A stretch of 64,000 nt of DNA from Mytilus californianus (GCF_021869535.1 NW_026262582.1:5146001-5210000), one strand, 5' to 3'. Shown: positions 14,426-26,307, numbered from the stretch's first letter. The notes: generated by a model from the letters alone, not told the origin. A program made the numbers and translations.

Positions 14426-14689
14426 AATTCGTCTCAAATTTAGCCCAACAATGTTAGATCATCAAATTTGCATTAGCAAACTTTTGTTCTTCCCTCAGCG
14501 GGATATATATACAACTCAATTAACATGATAAATATTGCAAAAAACAAAAATGCACATTTGATACAAATACATGTTTTTAAAAGAAATTTATTTCATATTG
14601 TTAGAAGTTACTGTGATATTAAAAATAAACAAAATGTCTAATCTTAAAGGTAAATTGTTGGTTCCTCAAGTTAACTTCCACTACGTCTT

Positions 14690-15300
14690 TACACTAAATC
14701 CATTGGATGTTGGATGTGTACTGATTAATAATTTAGTCTTAGATGCATGATTATTTTTATTAGTTGTTAGTGGCTTTGAACTAGCTGTCAGTAACTGTGA
14801 GTACTCTCAGATCTGTACTTAGTGTCTTTTTGTTGTTTGGATGTACAAGTACCCAGCCGCGTCCACTTGTATTTGTATTTTTATCCATCTGATGAGTTAA
14901 GCCTCTTTCAACTGATTATTATAGTTCGTTCTTATGTTGTACTGTTACACCACTGTCCCAGGTTAGGGGGAGGGTTGGGATCCCGCTAACATGTTTAAAC
15001 CCGCCACATTCTGTATGCATGTGCCTGTCCCAAGTCAGGAGCCTGTAATTCAGCGGTTGTCGTTTGTTTATGTGTTACATATTTGTTTTTCGTTCATTTT
15101 TTGTACATAAATTAGGCCGTTAGTTTTCTTGTTTGAATTGTTTTACATTGTCAATTCGGGGCCTTTTATAGCTGACTGTGCGGTATGGGCTTTGCTCATT
15201 GTTGAAGGCCGTACGGTGACCTAGTTGTTACTTTCTGTGTCATTTGGTCTCTTGTGGAGAGTTGTCTCATTGGCAATCATACCACATCTTCCTTTTTATA
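14690..15300 (+). repeat. ~600-bp interspersed repeat, non-autonomous element (other copies 47660-48250; partial 44205-44400, 45030-45390, 60230-60620, 60820-60970)
   Basis: Shared core ccactgtcccaggttaggggg...cctgtcccaagtcaggagcc and shared end gagagttgtctcattggcaatcataccacatcttc. Confidence 0.9.
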
Positions 15301-15429
15301 TATTCCACACTTTAATTATCAATTAAGTGCTTTATTACAATAAAAATCTTACAAAATAATAAAAACTTGAAATTATTATAAAAAAAAGTTTTGTTTCAAC
15401 TAGAATTTTGTAAAATCTCTATTATATAT

Positions 15430-16065
15430 GTATGCCTCAAATCTATGTCCTTTCCGCAAATCTATGTCCTTTCCGCAAATCTATGTCCTTTTTAATATTG
15501 CCTCATAGACGTTCTAAATTTATGTCCTTTATTGTCTCAAATCTATGTATTTTATTGTCTCAAATCTATGTCCTGTATTATCTCAAATCTATGTCATTTA
15601 TTAACTCAAATCTATGGCCACCTTTGTCTCAAATCTATGTATAACCACGGGATCAAGAAAAGCAAACAATTTGAAAATGTTGTAGTTTTACAATGAAATG
15701 TAAATCATATGATAATTACACACGCATGTAAAGTTTTTAAGCACACAAATGGAGAACACATCCCAACTTAACATTGAATTATGGGAAATGACTTAATAAA
15801 ACAAAAATCCTATAAGGCCGTACATATAAGACGGGCATAGATTTGCGCATGGCGAAACAAACTGGAAAAAGAATCAAGAAAAGGACACAGATTTGAGGCC
15901 GTATCTTTTTTAATGGACATAGATTTGCGAATCACGTCACGATTGATAACAAATTTGAAAATAGGACACAGATTTGAGGCTGTATCTTTTTAACGGACAT
16001 ATTAGATTAGCGATTGACGTCACGATGGGGCACAGATTTGATAAACGGACACAGATTTGAGGAAA
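15430..16065. repeat. Foldback-like block: caaatctatgtcc array facing an inverted ggacacagatttg array
   Basis: More than 8 copies of the motif at 15430-15640 and its reverse complement at 15830-16065. The block is re-duplicated at 16965-17705. Confidence 0.8.
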
Positions 16066-16114
16066 TAATTATCGTTACTTCCCTTTACTACAGTAAAATA
16101 GACGTACATGCAGA

Positions 16115-16965
16115 CTTCTTATACGTTCAGGTATTTCACATCCAATTTTTTTATGGAAATATTCTTTATAAAGCACAAAAATGTCAGTATTCACCTCTGA
16201 AACTAACAAAACCTTTAAATAGACTTATTAAGAAGGGATATAGTTACGATACTGTTGTCAGGTCATTAAAGATTGCATATTTTGGCGTTAATATTGATTC
16301 ACTTATAGGGTCTTTGCATCGGCACTAAACACATTTATTTAAAAACCAGTTGTTGGCATGACACGGGTTATGTTCTTCTCATATATGTTATGATGGTATG
16401 ATACTAAACCCCTAACGGGAAGGATTGTGCCTGATATTCATATGATGAAGACATAATCTTTCAATCAGTTTAATTGAAGTCTGGAGCTGGCATGTCAGTT
16501 AACTGCTAGTAGTCTGTTGTTATTTATGTATTATTGTCATTTTGTTTATTTTCTTTGGTTACATCTGACATCAGACTCGGACTTCTCTTGAACTGAATTT
16601 TAATGTGCGTATTGTTATGCGTTTACTTTTCTACATTGGCTAGAGGTATAGGGAGAGGGTTGAGATCTCATAAACATGTTTAACCCCGCCGCATTTTTGC
16701 GCCTGTCCCAAGTCAGGAGCCTCTAGCCTTTGTTAGTCTTGTATTATTTTTAATTTTAGTTTCTTGTGTACAATTTGGAGTTTAGTATGGCGTTCATTAT
16801 CACTGAACTAGTATATATATTTGTTTAGGGGCCAGCTGAAGGACGCCTCCGGGTGCGGGAATTTCTCGCTGCATTGAAGATCTGTTGGTGGCCTTCTGCT
16901 GTTGTCTGTTCTGTGATCGGGTTGTTGTCTCTTTGACACATTCCCCATTTCCATTCTCAATTTTA
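16115..16965 (+). mobile_element. Penelope-like RT C-terminal fragment fused to a non-coding interspersed repeat
   Basis: ORF track FYGNILYKAQKCQYSP.KLTKPLNRLIKKGYSYDTVVRSLKIAYF. The following repeat carries the cctgtcccaagtcaggagcc core, and its 3' end recurs at 13340-13415 and inverted at 53385-53550. Family assignment from recall. Confidence 0.5.
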
Positions 16966-17705
16966 TGTTCCAAATTTATGTCCTTTATTGTCTCAAATCT
17001 ATGTCTTTTATTGTTTCAAATATATGCCCTGAATTGTCTCAAATCTATGTCCTGTATTAACTCAAATCTATGGCCATTTTTGTCTGTGTATGTGTTTATA
17101 GCTTACGATACAGAATAAGTTTAATTCATTGTTGCAGGCCGTACATGTATCTTTAGTTGCTTGTATACAGATGTCGTTTTGTCTCAGGTTGTTTATTAAC
17201 TTATATTTAGTATTTGTTATCAATACGTAATGAGTAAAGGAGAGTAACGATAATTACTTCAGAGCAATTAAACATGGGATCAAGAAAAGCAAACAATTTG
17301 AAAATGTTGTAGATTTACAATAAAATGTAAATAATTACAATAATTACACACGTATGTAAATTTTTAAGCACACACATGGAGAACCGACACCCCAACTTAA
17401 CATTGAATTATGGGAAATTAATATTACTTATTAAACAAAAATTCTATAAGGCCGTACATATTAGACGGGCATAAATTTGCGCATGGCGAAACAAACTTGA
17501 AAAAGATTTAAGAAAAGACACAGATTTGAGGCCGTATCTTTTTTAACGGACATATATTTGCGAATGACGTCACTATTGAAAACAAATTTGAAAATAGGAC
17601 ACAGATTTGAGGCAGTATCTTTTTTAACGGACATAGATTAGCAATTGACGTCACGGTGGGGCACAGATTTGAGAAGCGGACACAGATTTGAGGCTGTACA
17701 CAGAT
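16965..17705. repeat. Second copy of the foldback-like block (15508-16065) with an extra ~180-bp insert
   Basis: Aligns motif by motif, including gggatcaagaaaagcaaacaatttgaaaatgttg and ctataaggccgtacata. Confidence 0.85.
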
Positions 17706-18160
17706 CTGAGGTTTACATATATATGACAGTTGTTATCCATTCGTTTGAGGGACTTTCCGTTTTGAATTTTCCTCAGAGTTCGTTATTTTTGTTATTTTAC
17801 TTTTTACCCATGTTAGTTATAAATTATGTCAATTTTTAAATTTTATACATACTTTTAAAAAGAAATGAACTAGGTTAATAATTGTGTTCTTGGGCCAAGA
17901 AATTGGTTAAATAAATCAATGAGAATTTCACTTTAGACAACAAAAAGCAGGAAAATCAATAAGAACAGGGTATTTAGACAATAATATTACTTAGCAAATC
18001 AATATAACTAGTACCCATTCGTTTCCTGTTTTCATGTATTAAAAAATATTAATTACAAATATTCTTTAAGTTTTAAACCTGACTTTAGTGTATATATAAA
18101 ATAATTGTTTTTGTTTGGTTTTAGGCAATCTTATTTTATCAACAAATGCAATACATTATC

Positions 18161-18274
18161 AAAATTTCCAAATTAATCGAAACTTGTTGAAGATTGATTA
18201 GCATTTTATTGAGCAATAGATGACTTAGGGCTTACACGAGAGAGAACGGAAGTTCGTAACTGCCAAAGGTCATT
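18161..18274 (-). repeat. DIRS right (3') ITR with terminal extension
   Basis: 18204-18274 is the inverted copy of 22933-23004. 18161-18230 is complementary to the ICR. Confidence 0.9.
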
Positions 18275-18346
18275 CTTTAGAGAATGAATGATCTGGATTG
18301 TAGTATAGGGAGGGAGCTGGCCCAACAGCTTGGGAGGGCGTGTAAT

Positions 18347-18451
18347 CCCTAAGTCATCTATTGCTCAATAAAATTCTAATCAATCTTCAACAAGTTTCGA
18401 TTAATTTGGAAATTTTATTGAACAATAGATGACTTAGAGGCTTCCACGAGA
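18347..18451 (-). other. DIRS internal complementary region (ICR)
   Basis: 18347-18416 is the reverse complement of 18161-18230. About 18413-18451 is the reverse complement of the opposite terminus (22966-23004). The two halves join at aatttt. Confidence 0.92.
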
Positions 18452-18602
18452 CTTTAGAGTTCTACATTTTAGATCATTCATACCAGGATATATGTGTAGG
18501 CAAATTCTTGATAATAATAAAATTTTTAGTAATGTACTATTCTATTATTCTAACTATATATATATAATATTTACATTTATAACAGAATCATAATACATGT
18601 TA

Positions 18603-19711
18603 TTATTTGTTTTCCAATAAGCTATCACTTAATGTTTGTGTTTGAATAGGTTTAAAATAAAATTTGTAAAAAGTTTGTGCTGAGCTCTAACCAGCTGTTT
18701 TAAGTATATTGTTTAATGGAATCCCATGTGCTGCAGCACTGGACGATGAAGCTGATCGACAGCTATGTGTCCCATACACTTTTATATCAATTCCTGCATT
18801 TCCTAATAATTGTTTTATCCAACGTGATATTGTACTTTTTGTTACAGTTTTAAAAGGTTTAACACATGAAATAAAAGGGACTTTTCCTGTCCCCTGAGTT
18901 TTGAAGTTCTTTTCAAATATTCTTCCATGGCTACAATAACACATAGTTTATAATCATCATGTCTATTAAATTCCAATGGTCCCATGTGCTTTCCTGGTTT
19001 GGACTGTTTAACTAAATCTACTATGTACACTTTCATGTTGTCATTAGAAATAGTAATATTATTAACATTAAGTTTTATCAAATGAACAGTTTGACAGCGT
19101 TGCGCACTAAGCAGCATAAGCATAAATGCTAGCTTTTGTGATAGTTGTAATAGTGTTAACTTCTCATTTGCTGGTAATGTTTTCAAATAATCTAAAACTA
19201 TATTTACATCCCATGTTTCTGTATATTTGGGAAGAGAAGGTCTAGCATTGAAAATACCCCTCATATATCGAGTTACTAGTTTATGTTTTCCAATGTCTAT
19301 CCCACTTGTCACAGAACAAATTGAAGATATTGCTGATTTAGCAGTGTTGATTGCACTGTAACTTAATCCACTGTCATAAAGTGATGATAAGAAGGACAAC
19401 ACAGTGTTTATAGATGGATCAAGTGGATCAGTTTGTTTTTTATTTGAAAAACACATCCATCTTTTGAAACAAGTCCCATATTGTTTTCCTGTGGATTGTC
19501 TCCAAGATTGTAAAATGATGTCAGCAGTGATTGTTGAAAGTCCTTTATTTTCCAAGTTTTCCCGGATAAGATAAAAGCTCCCAGTTGGAGGTTTGAAACT
19601 GGATGAATTCGTTTCAGATCCTGAGGTAGAAAGAGACTGTTTTTCGGCAGGATGTAGGATTGTTGGCTGATCTGATGTAATAATTGTGGAAACCATATTT
19701 GTGTTGGCCAA
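18603..19711 (-). pseudogene. DIRS tyrosine recombinase
   Basis: LLSAQRCQTV (catalytic R), THSCRSAS (HxxR), AG*SSAQTFYKFYFKP (W to TAG stop, catalytic Y). One frameshift near 18890. Confidence 0.9.
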
Positions 19712-20430
19712 AGTGGTGCTATCAATACTGCTTTGTCTAACTTGTCCTTGATGGTTTTCTGGATCACCTGTCCGATGACACTGAAAGGAGGAAAGATATA
19801 ATAAAAATTATAACTAGTCCACTTTATAGTAAAAGCATCAATTGCTATTGCATGTGAGTCTGGCTTATATGAAATATATTGAATTTTCCTATTGTTGAGC
19901 CTACTAGCGAATAAATCTATATCCATTGTCCCTACAGTACTCTGTAATTTTTCAAATAATTCTGTTTTTAATGTCCATTCCATGTCGTCATTCAATTTCC
20001 TTGATAGTTTATCAGCTTCTATATTCAGCTTACCAGCTATATGTGCCACACTAATCCATAGTTTACGTTCTAAACACCAAAACCATATTTCTTTTGCTAG
20101 AATATGTAAATTTGTAATTTTTCCTCCAAAATTTTCAATATAAGAAATAGCTACTGTATTATCTAAGTTCATTCGAATATGCTTTTGTGAAATATTTCCA
20201 GCCAATGATTGTAAAGTTAAGAAAGCTGCCTTTAGTTCTAAAACATTAATGTGCATTTCTCTCTCTTCTGCTGACCAAAACCTTTCTGTTTTCTTTCCAG
20301 TAGTTTTATTAATTCCACCCCAACCAGTTTTACTTGAATCACTGAACAGTATAATATCAGGATCATTTTGCATTATTGGTTTGTAACTAGAAGGAAGATG
20401 TTTTATCCACCACTTGAATATTGTTTTCAC
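19408..20430 (-). CDS. DIRS RNase H plus DNA N6-adenine methyltransferase-like domain (3' part of pol)
   Basis: LFSDSSKTGWG, HINVLELKA, DNTVAISY, EADKLSR (RNase H). DLFAS and YIFPPF (MT motifs known in DIRS1). Confidence 0.88.
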   Translation of the reverse strand: MKTIFKWWIKHLPSSYKPIMQNDPDIILFSDSSKTGWGGINKTTGKKTERFWSAEEREMHINVLELKAAFLTLQSLAGNISQKHIRMNLDNTVAISYIENFGGKITNLHILAKEIWFWCLERKLWISVAHIAGKLNIEADKLSRKLNDDMEWTLKTELFEKLQSTVGTMDIDLFASRLNNRKIQYISYKPDSHAIAIDAFTIKWTSYNFYYIFPPFSVIGQVIQKTIKDKLDKAVLIAPLWPTQIWFPQLLHQISQQSYILPKNSLFLPQDLKRIHPVSNLQLGAFILSGKTWKIKDFQQSLLTSFYNLGDNPQENNMGLVSKDGCVFQIKNKLIHLIHL

Positions 20431-21585
20431 ATGAGTTGGTAAACAAATAATCCTATCATAATTACCAAAAACATTTTTAACACTTTCTCTTTATATATTT
20501 CTAAATCTTTGTAATACAATTGAGCATATTGTACACCTGGTTCACTGGCAACCATTTTTCCTATAATTTTAGCAAAATTTCGAATAGTTATTTCCTTAGA
20601 ATGCAATGCGTCAAAACATAGATCCTGTAAATTTAAAATTCTTTCTTGTGTCAATCTAACTGTCATATTTCCAGAATTAATTGTAAATTCTAAAAATGTT
20701 ATTTCTTTTGTTGGTGTAAACACAGATTTCTTTGGGTGTACTGTAAAACCTAAACTGTCAACTAATTCCACAGTATGTTTTACATTGCTCTGACAGTCTT
20801 CATAAGTGCGTGCTATAAGTAAGCTATCGTCTATGTAAGGGACATTTATATGACCCATTTTTCGAAAAAAAAAATATACTGGTTTTAGTAATTTTGTAAA
20901 AATTCTTGGACTTGTTGATAATCCCTGTGGTAATACACAAAACGATTTCATTCCACATAAATTTTAAATATTTGCAGTCTTGTTCATGAACTGGTACACT
21001 AAAATAACTGTCTTTTAAATCAATCGATGCAAAGTAATCATTTTGTTGTATGTTTGTTAAAGCTCGAACCAATGTTTCCATTTTAAAATGAATTTTTGAC
21101 ACACTTTCATTGAAGTTTTTCAAATTCAATATCATTCGAATTGTATTGTCTTTCTTAGGGCTAATAAATATATTAGAAAAATATTCCTCTTTTTCTCTTT
21201 TCAATACTAGCCTAATAATACCCTTTTTCAAGAATTTATTAACTTCCATTGTGATCAACTTGTTTTCTTGTTCATTAAATACAATTGGAGATGGTCTAAA
21301 ATTTTGTTTTGGGATTTCATCTAGTTCAATCTTGTATCCCTTCACTGCATTTAATATAAACGCATCACTTGTTAACTTTTCCCAATTTTTTATAAAAGAT
21401 TTTAATTTCCCTCCTGTAAAATTGTCTACTGTGTTTATCACTGTTATATTATCACTTACACTTAACATTTGTCTTTGTTGTGAAATCCGGCCTTCATCTT
21501 CTTGTTCTTGTTGCCCTTCTTTACATGTATTTGTCCAGAAGTTTTTGCATGCTTTGGTTGGAAATTGGGTGGTGGTTTTTGCCAT
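20427..21585 (-). pseudogene. DIRS reverse transcriptase (frameshifted)
   Basis: PKKDNTIRMILNLK, IDLKDSYF, LPQGLSTSPRIFTK and YIDD are spread over ORFs 20824..21585 and 20427..20951. Confidence 0.92.
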
Positions 21586-22723
21586 GGAGGTCCTGGACGT
21601 TTCTCCACTCTGCGTCCCTCTAAAAAAGAGTCATTAAAGCTAAGTTTATTTATCCTCCTGTCTTCTTTTTCAAGGTCCTCCAATTTTGTATCTAAATTGT
21701 CCCCAAAAAGGTACTCTGTAACTGGTGTGTCCACATCTGTTACCCTCCTATATGTAAGGGGAACTCCTGGCGTTATTAGCTGTTTGTGTTTTCTATTTGA
21801 GGTATATATGCCATGAGTTAACATTTTAAACATGTCTTTAGTTGTGTTTTTTTTACCTCATTCATGTCCCCTCCAGATTTCATTACATTCAGGGACTTGA
21901 CTACCATTAGTAAAGTAGTTGTCATGCATTTTTGCACATTTTGTAGTGCCAAATCTGGATCCCTTTGCTTCCTACTTTTGAACCCTCTCCAAATCTCTTT
22001 GTTTACTTTGGGAACCTGTAGTCGTTTACAGTCTTCTGGAACCAAATATAGTTCTTCTAATTTTGTTAGTGTCTCTGTTTTCATTGGCTTATTTATAGCC
22101 TGGTCCACTAATTTTGCCATCTGATTATCAATACTGTCCCCAAATTTCTTTGGTTCTTCATACATTTTTTCTAGTTCGTCTAGAAATGCCTTATTCTCCG
22201 CATCGTCATTAGCGTCAACAATATCATCAATATTTAACTCATCATCGTCATCGTCGGATATATCTTCCAGGCCATTATCCGACAGATCACTTTCATTGTT
22301 ATTGTTTAAAAGGTTAACCTCATTGTCATCTTTATCCTTTTGTGTATTAGTGTTTGATTTCGTCTTATGAACATTTTTCTGCATAACCGCGTCCTGCACA
22401 GTAAGCATATTTGCAGCCAAATTGGCAATGATCTCTGTATGAGATTCTATCTGCCGTTTGTTGACATCGGCCATGTTCGATATTTTATCCCACAATGCTT
22501 GCATTGTAATGTCATTTCCGGTTGACCTTTCCCCAATATCATTAATAGCACTTGGTCCTGTTTCATCAAAATCTTGTTGCACAGGCCTTTGTGGTGTTTC
22601 ACTGGCTTTCCTAGTTTTTACTCGATAAATCTCACGAGTTCTTCTTTTGATTGCATCTATCATTTCCTCATCTCGAGGAGAATTGTCCATCTCGGACGTG
22701 TGGAATCGTTCGGCCGTCGCCAT
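21462..22723 (-). pseudogene. gag: DIRS gag-like ORF1 (one frameshift near 21830)
   Basis: VPKVNKEIW...DLALQNVQK and TEYLFGDNL motifs. Overlaps the RT frame, as in DIRS1. Confidence 0.75.
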
Positions 22724-22932
22724 TATAGCGTAACTGTTTTCATAAATAAATCCAATAAATTCTTCCGTTTAGAAATACATCCACACGTAAAATTCACTTT
22801 GAAAGAAACACTGTTAGTGCCTGCACTAAATATACTATTTTCCTACACATCCGAAACTCTTAATTAGTTAATTATTGTAAAAAACTTTGGAGATTTGCTT
22901 TTAAGAATTGACCAATGGCGTCACGTGACCGT

Positions 22933-23004
22933 AATGACCTTTGGCAGTTACGAACTTCCGTTCTCTCTCGTGGAAGCCTCTAAGTCATCTATTGTTCAAT
23001 AAAA
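22933..23004 (-). repeat. DIRS left (5') ITR
   Basis: Inverted copy of 18204-18274 with a few mismatches. Confidence 0.9.
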
Positions 23005-23250
23005 TTATATTTCACACCATTTAATAAACTGTTTACACAGATATATTTAACTTGTTTTTTAATGTGAATGTTGAAATTAAATTGGTAAGACTTCTACATG
23101 TGAATAATGCAAAACTTTAAAAGTCAATATACCATGACTTAGGGGTGTCAGACCAAATCATCTCTGTAGAAATGGGATATTCTAATACTAATACAACTGC
23201 ATAACAAATATCATTGACTTATCATAAATGGCTTCTCTTTAACTGACATG

Positions 23251-23672
23251 TGTAACACAACAAGATAGTTAGTTAACAGTTTATTTACGCCAAATGAGCC
23301 GATGTGTCCCATACAGAAAATACATAAGTATATATACAGAATATAACAGTTTGTCAAAGTTTCTATTAATTTGACAATAATAGTTTTAATTCTAAAGGTA
23401 CACGGGTGAATATCTATTAAGTTGACTCTAATTGACATGTTTTGACCAAGCTGGAAATTGATAGTTGTAGAATACACGTATGTCCAGTCTTTTAACTAAT
23501 TGTTATTACAACATGTCACCATCTGGTCTGCATGTAAACATGTTTTTAAAGTTATATGCAACGTAGTGGTCAATTAAAACAACCTTTCCCAAGGTCATGA
23601 TTTTCTTAATAGATATTCCCCTGTATTTATTTTATTCAATTTAATAAACATTTTGAGAATATATAATCATAA

Positions 23673-23703
<31 letters not shown>

Positions 23704-23745
23704 TAAATATATATATATATATTTTAAGCCCATCATATTGTCACA
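23251..23745 (-). repeat. 3' LTR (495 bp)
   Basis: tgtaacac...tgtcaca. Differs from 39377-39863 by 4 substitutions (counted by eye) and AT-run length. Confidence 0.97.
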
Positions 23746-23759
23746 TTCCTCCCTTTCTT
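23746..23759 (-). other. Polypurine tract
   Basis: AAGAAAGGGAGGAA on the minus strand abutting the 3' LTR. Confidence 0.9.
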
Positions 23760-24135
23760 AAGAAATATAATTTTATATTTTAGTTAAAATCGGTGACAAT
23801 ATGAATGCTTACAAATTCCACAAAAAAAAAAACAATCTTCATAAACAAAATCATTTCAAAAGTTCAACAACATCTAAATGTCCAGCAATGTATAGTTCAT
23901 ACAATTCTTGTGTGAATAACTAAGTTGTTATATTTCTATCATAACACTCCTCGTAACATCAAATATCGGAACTTCTTAATTCTAGAAAAAGGCGCAACCA
24001 TCAACTGCGGACTGTCTTCATAACCCCGACTCCGGTGAACTTCTCCTCCGATCGTCGTTGTCAACTCCAACAATCCGTTTGTTTATCTGCAACGCCAATT
24101 CCCGTCATTCAGAAGTACTGCAACTACTCCGACTA

Positions 24136-24453
24136 TCGTTGATAACTCCGACCTCCATGTGATCCACCATCAGTCGTTGATAACTCCGACTTCCATATGA
24201 TCCACCATTAGTCGTTGATATACTCCGACCTCCATGTGATCCACCATCAGTCGTTGATATACTCCGACCTCCATGTAATCCACCATCAGTCGTTGATATA
24301 CTCCGACCTCCATGTGATCCACCATCAGTCGTTGATATACTCCGACCTCCATGTGATCCACCATCAGTCGTTGATATACTCCGACCTCCATGTGATCCAC
24401 CATCAGTCGTTGATATACTCCGACCTCCACGTGATCCACCATTATTCGTTGAT
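24136..24453. repeat. 38/39-bp tandem repeat x8 in the 3' region of the LTR element
   Basis: Unit cgttgatatactccgacctccatgtgatccaccatcagt. It explains the repetitive ORFs 24170..24442 and 24215..24490. Confidence 0.95.
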
Positions 24454-24708
24454 GTTACTCCTAACTGACCTAGCTTACCTACCCTGTTGATTCAGGGTCC
24501 CTGACTAGGTTGCTCAGTTATCACCGGCTGAAACAATTCAGGCAAATCTACCTGTGATGTTGTAGAACGATTCCCTCTACCAATATAAAGTTATGTGATC
24601 GTATAGTTTTATTTACATCTAAACGTCTGCGTTGTGTCCAAAAATCAAAGCCAATATCCAGTGTTCTTTTCCAATCATCATTCTTGTGGTCAGTTAACTT
24701 GATTGCTA

Positions 24709-26307
24709 CTACTCATTGTTTGACAAGTTGAGTACTGGATAATGGTTCTTAGTGGCTGGTTCTAATAGTGGTGCAGAAGCTATTTTAACATCTCTGGAGG
24801 CAGTACCATCGCCCTCAACATTAGTTGACACCACTTGATCGACACCAAGGTATCTTGTGACTATTTGAACCTCTTTATTATTATTCATTCTCTTGGCTTA
24901 ACACCTATTCTTAATATTTTGACGATATTTACAAAATAAATATAACATAATCCCTATAGTAAAAGCAACGAAAAAATAAATTAATGCATATGCCCAATTT
25001 GGCAGCCCAAAATCTTCCTCAATAGAATCTAACTGGTTCAATGGATAAATTAAATTGTCCATCGGTATGTTATCTATATTTTTTAGTTCTTTTGGTAACT
25101 TTGTCAAGTTAAATTTTGGAAAAGTTTTATGAAATGGCTTCCATATTCCTAAGTTAGTAAAGTTATATGACTTGATTAATTCTGCAAATTGGTCTTGAAC
25201 TTGAAACTTACTTTTCGAATGAAGAAATGGCAAAAGCGCCATATAATCATTATTAGCAGTACATGATTCATTTAATTTTAATATATCTATAGGTGGAAAA
25301 ATCTCTGTACTAGAAGTTATTTTCTGATCCGCGTATCTACAAGCTATTGCAAATTTCAAAGGTATTCTTGTAGTAATTAACCATGAACCGGATGAGATAT
25401 ACTTTGCCCTAGGCAGGACGGCAAAAGGTTTAACTAGGGTCTGACAATCAACCAATACTTTCCTTCCTTTTTTCATAAACAGAGGTGTGATGCATAGATT
25501 ACTCAGATTAATTGGATATGTTGGACTACTTACAACACAATACGGTACTAAAGGATGCGTGCATTGTATTATTTCATTTTGATCAAATAAAATATATTTT
25601 GACCTCTCAGCATTAACTGCAATATATTCTGATTCTAGATTGAACTTAGCAAACAGGTTAACATTTGTTTTATTCGATTGCATGGGTACTGGTAAATTGA
25701 AGACTTTATACACTTCAAATTAATTATTGTAGTCTAAAAGTGGGACAGAAATGACAACAAAAATCTTCCTCTCATAGATTAAAGTAGTGCAAGTTAAAAA
25801 TTGATAAAATGCCCAAAGATCTTTAGTTGGATCTTTTGGAAGTTTAAGGTATGCCGGTAATTGAGACTGTATTTCTAAAAGAAGATACCTAAACGATGTT
25901 TGATTGATGGTGCTAGGCGACAGATGACCCAATGATAACATGTTCAACTGAGAATTTAGGTGAACAAAATAAAATGTCGCCCTCTGAACCATTAACTTCA
26001 TTTCACTCGTAATTACATCCAATTTTGCGTATATGTCGACAAAGGTTTCTAAATCCGCAATCTCTTTTTTTAATCCTGTTGCCAGATGACGTATAATGTT
26101 TTTTGTTCGATTGGGTTTCAGATTGGTGTTATCACCTTGAAGGTCCCAGTCATTGTTATGTCCAAAATTAATTATAGTTGTTAATTCATCTTTTACAGCC
26201 AGTTTATCTACAATTCTTTCCATCCGGAAATCTGTTGGTCCCCACCTCTTGTGGATGACCATGTATCGTAACATGATAGCAATCACCTTCAATAGTTGCA
26301 TAATCAT
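24709..26307 (-). pseudogene. env: Envelope glycoprotein of baculovirus-F/errantivirus type, with two in-frame stops
   Basis: ORFs 25720..26307 and 24898..25713 are in one frame (LLDYNN*FEVYKVFNLPVP). Motif LNMLSLGHLSP, conserved cysteines, TM segment WAYALIYFFVAFTIGIMLYLFC. The frame continues past a second stop to 24709 (cytoplasmic tail). Confidence 0.8.

Larger units (their letters stand above)
18161..23004 (-). mobile_element. DIRS1-like tyrosine-recombinase retrotransposon, full length, ORFs disrupted
   Basis: Order gag, RT, RNase H, methyltransferase, YR with overlapping frames. Inverted terminal repeats plus ICR. Both ends are T-runs on the minus strand. Confidence 0.95.

Noticed and set aside
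14880-14920. CTGATGAG motif (also 47822) suggesting a hammerhead ribozyme
   Set aside because: No stem II followed by GAAA in the required order.
23211-23477. ORFs 23211..23477 and 39280..39603 (MYSTTINFQLGQ...)
   Set aside because: They are the same LTR sequence read through its boundary; no evidence of coding function.
24170-24490. Repetitive ORFs MVDHMEVGVYQRL and IYSDLHVIHHQSL as proteins
   Set aside because: Automatic consequence of a 39-bp unit without stops; kept only as part of the post-env finding.
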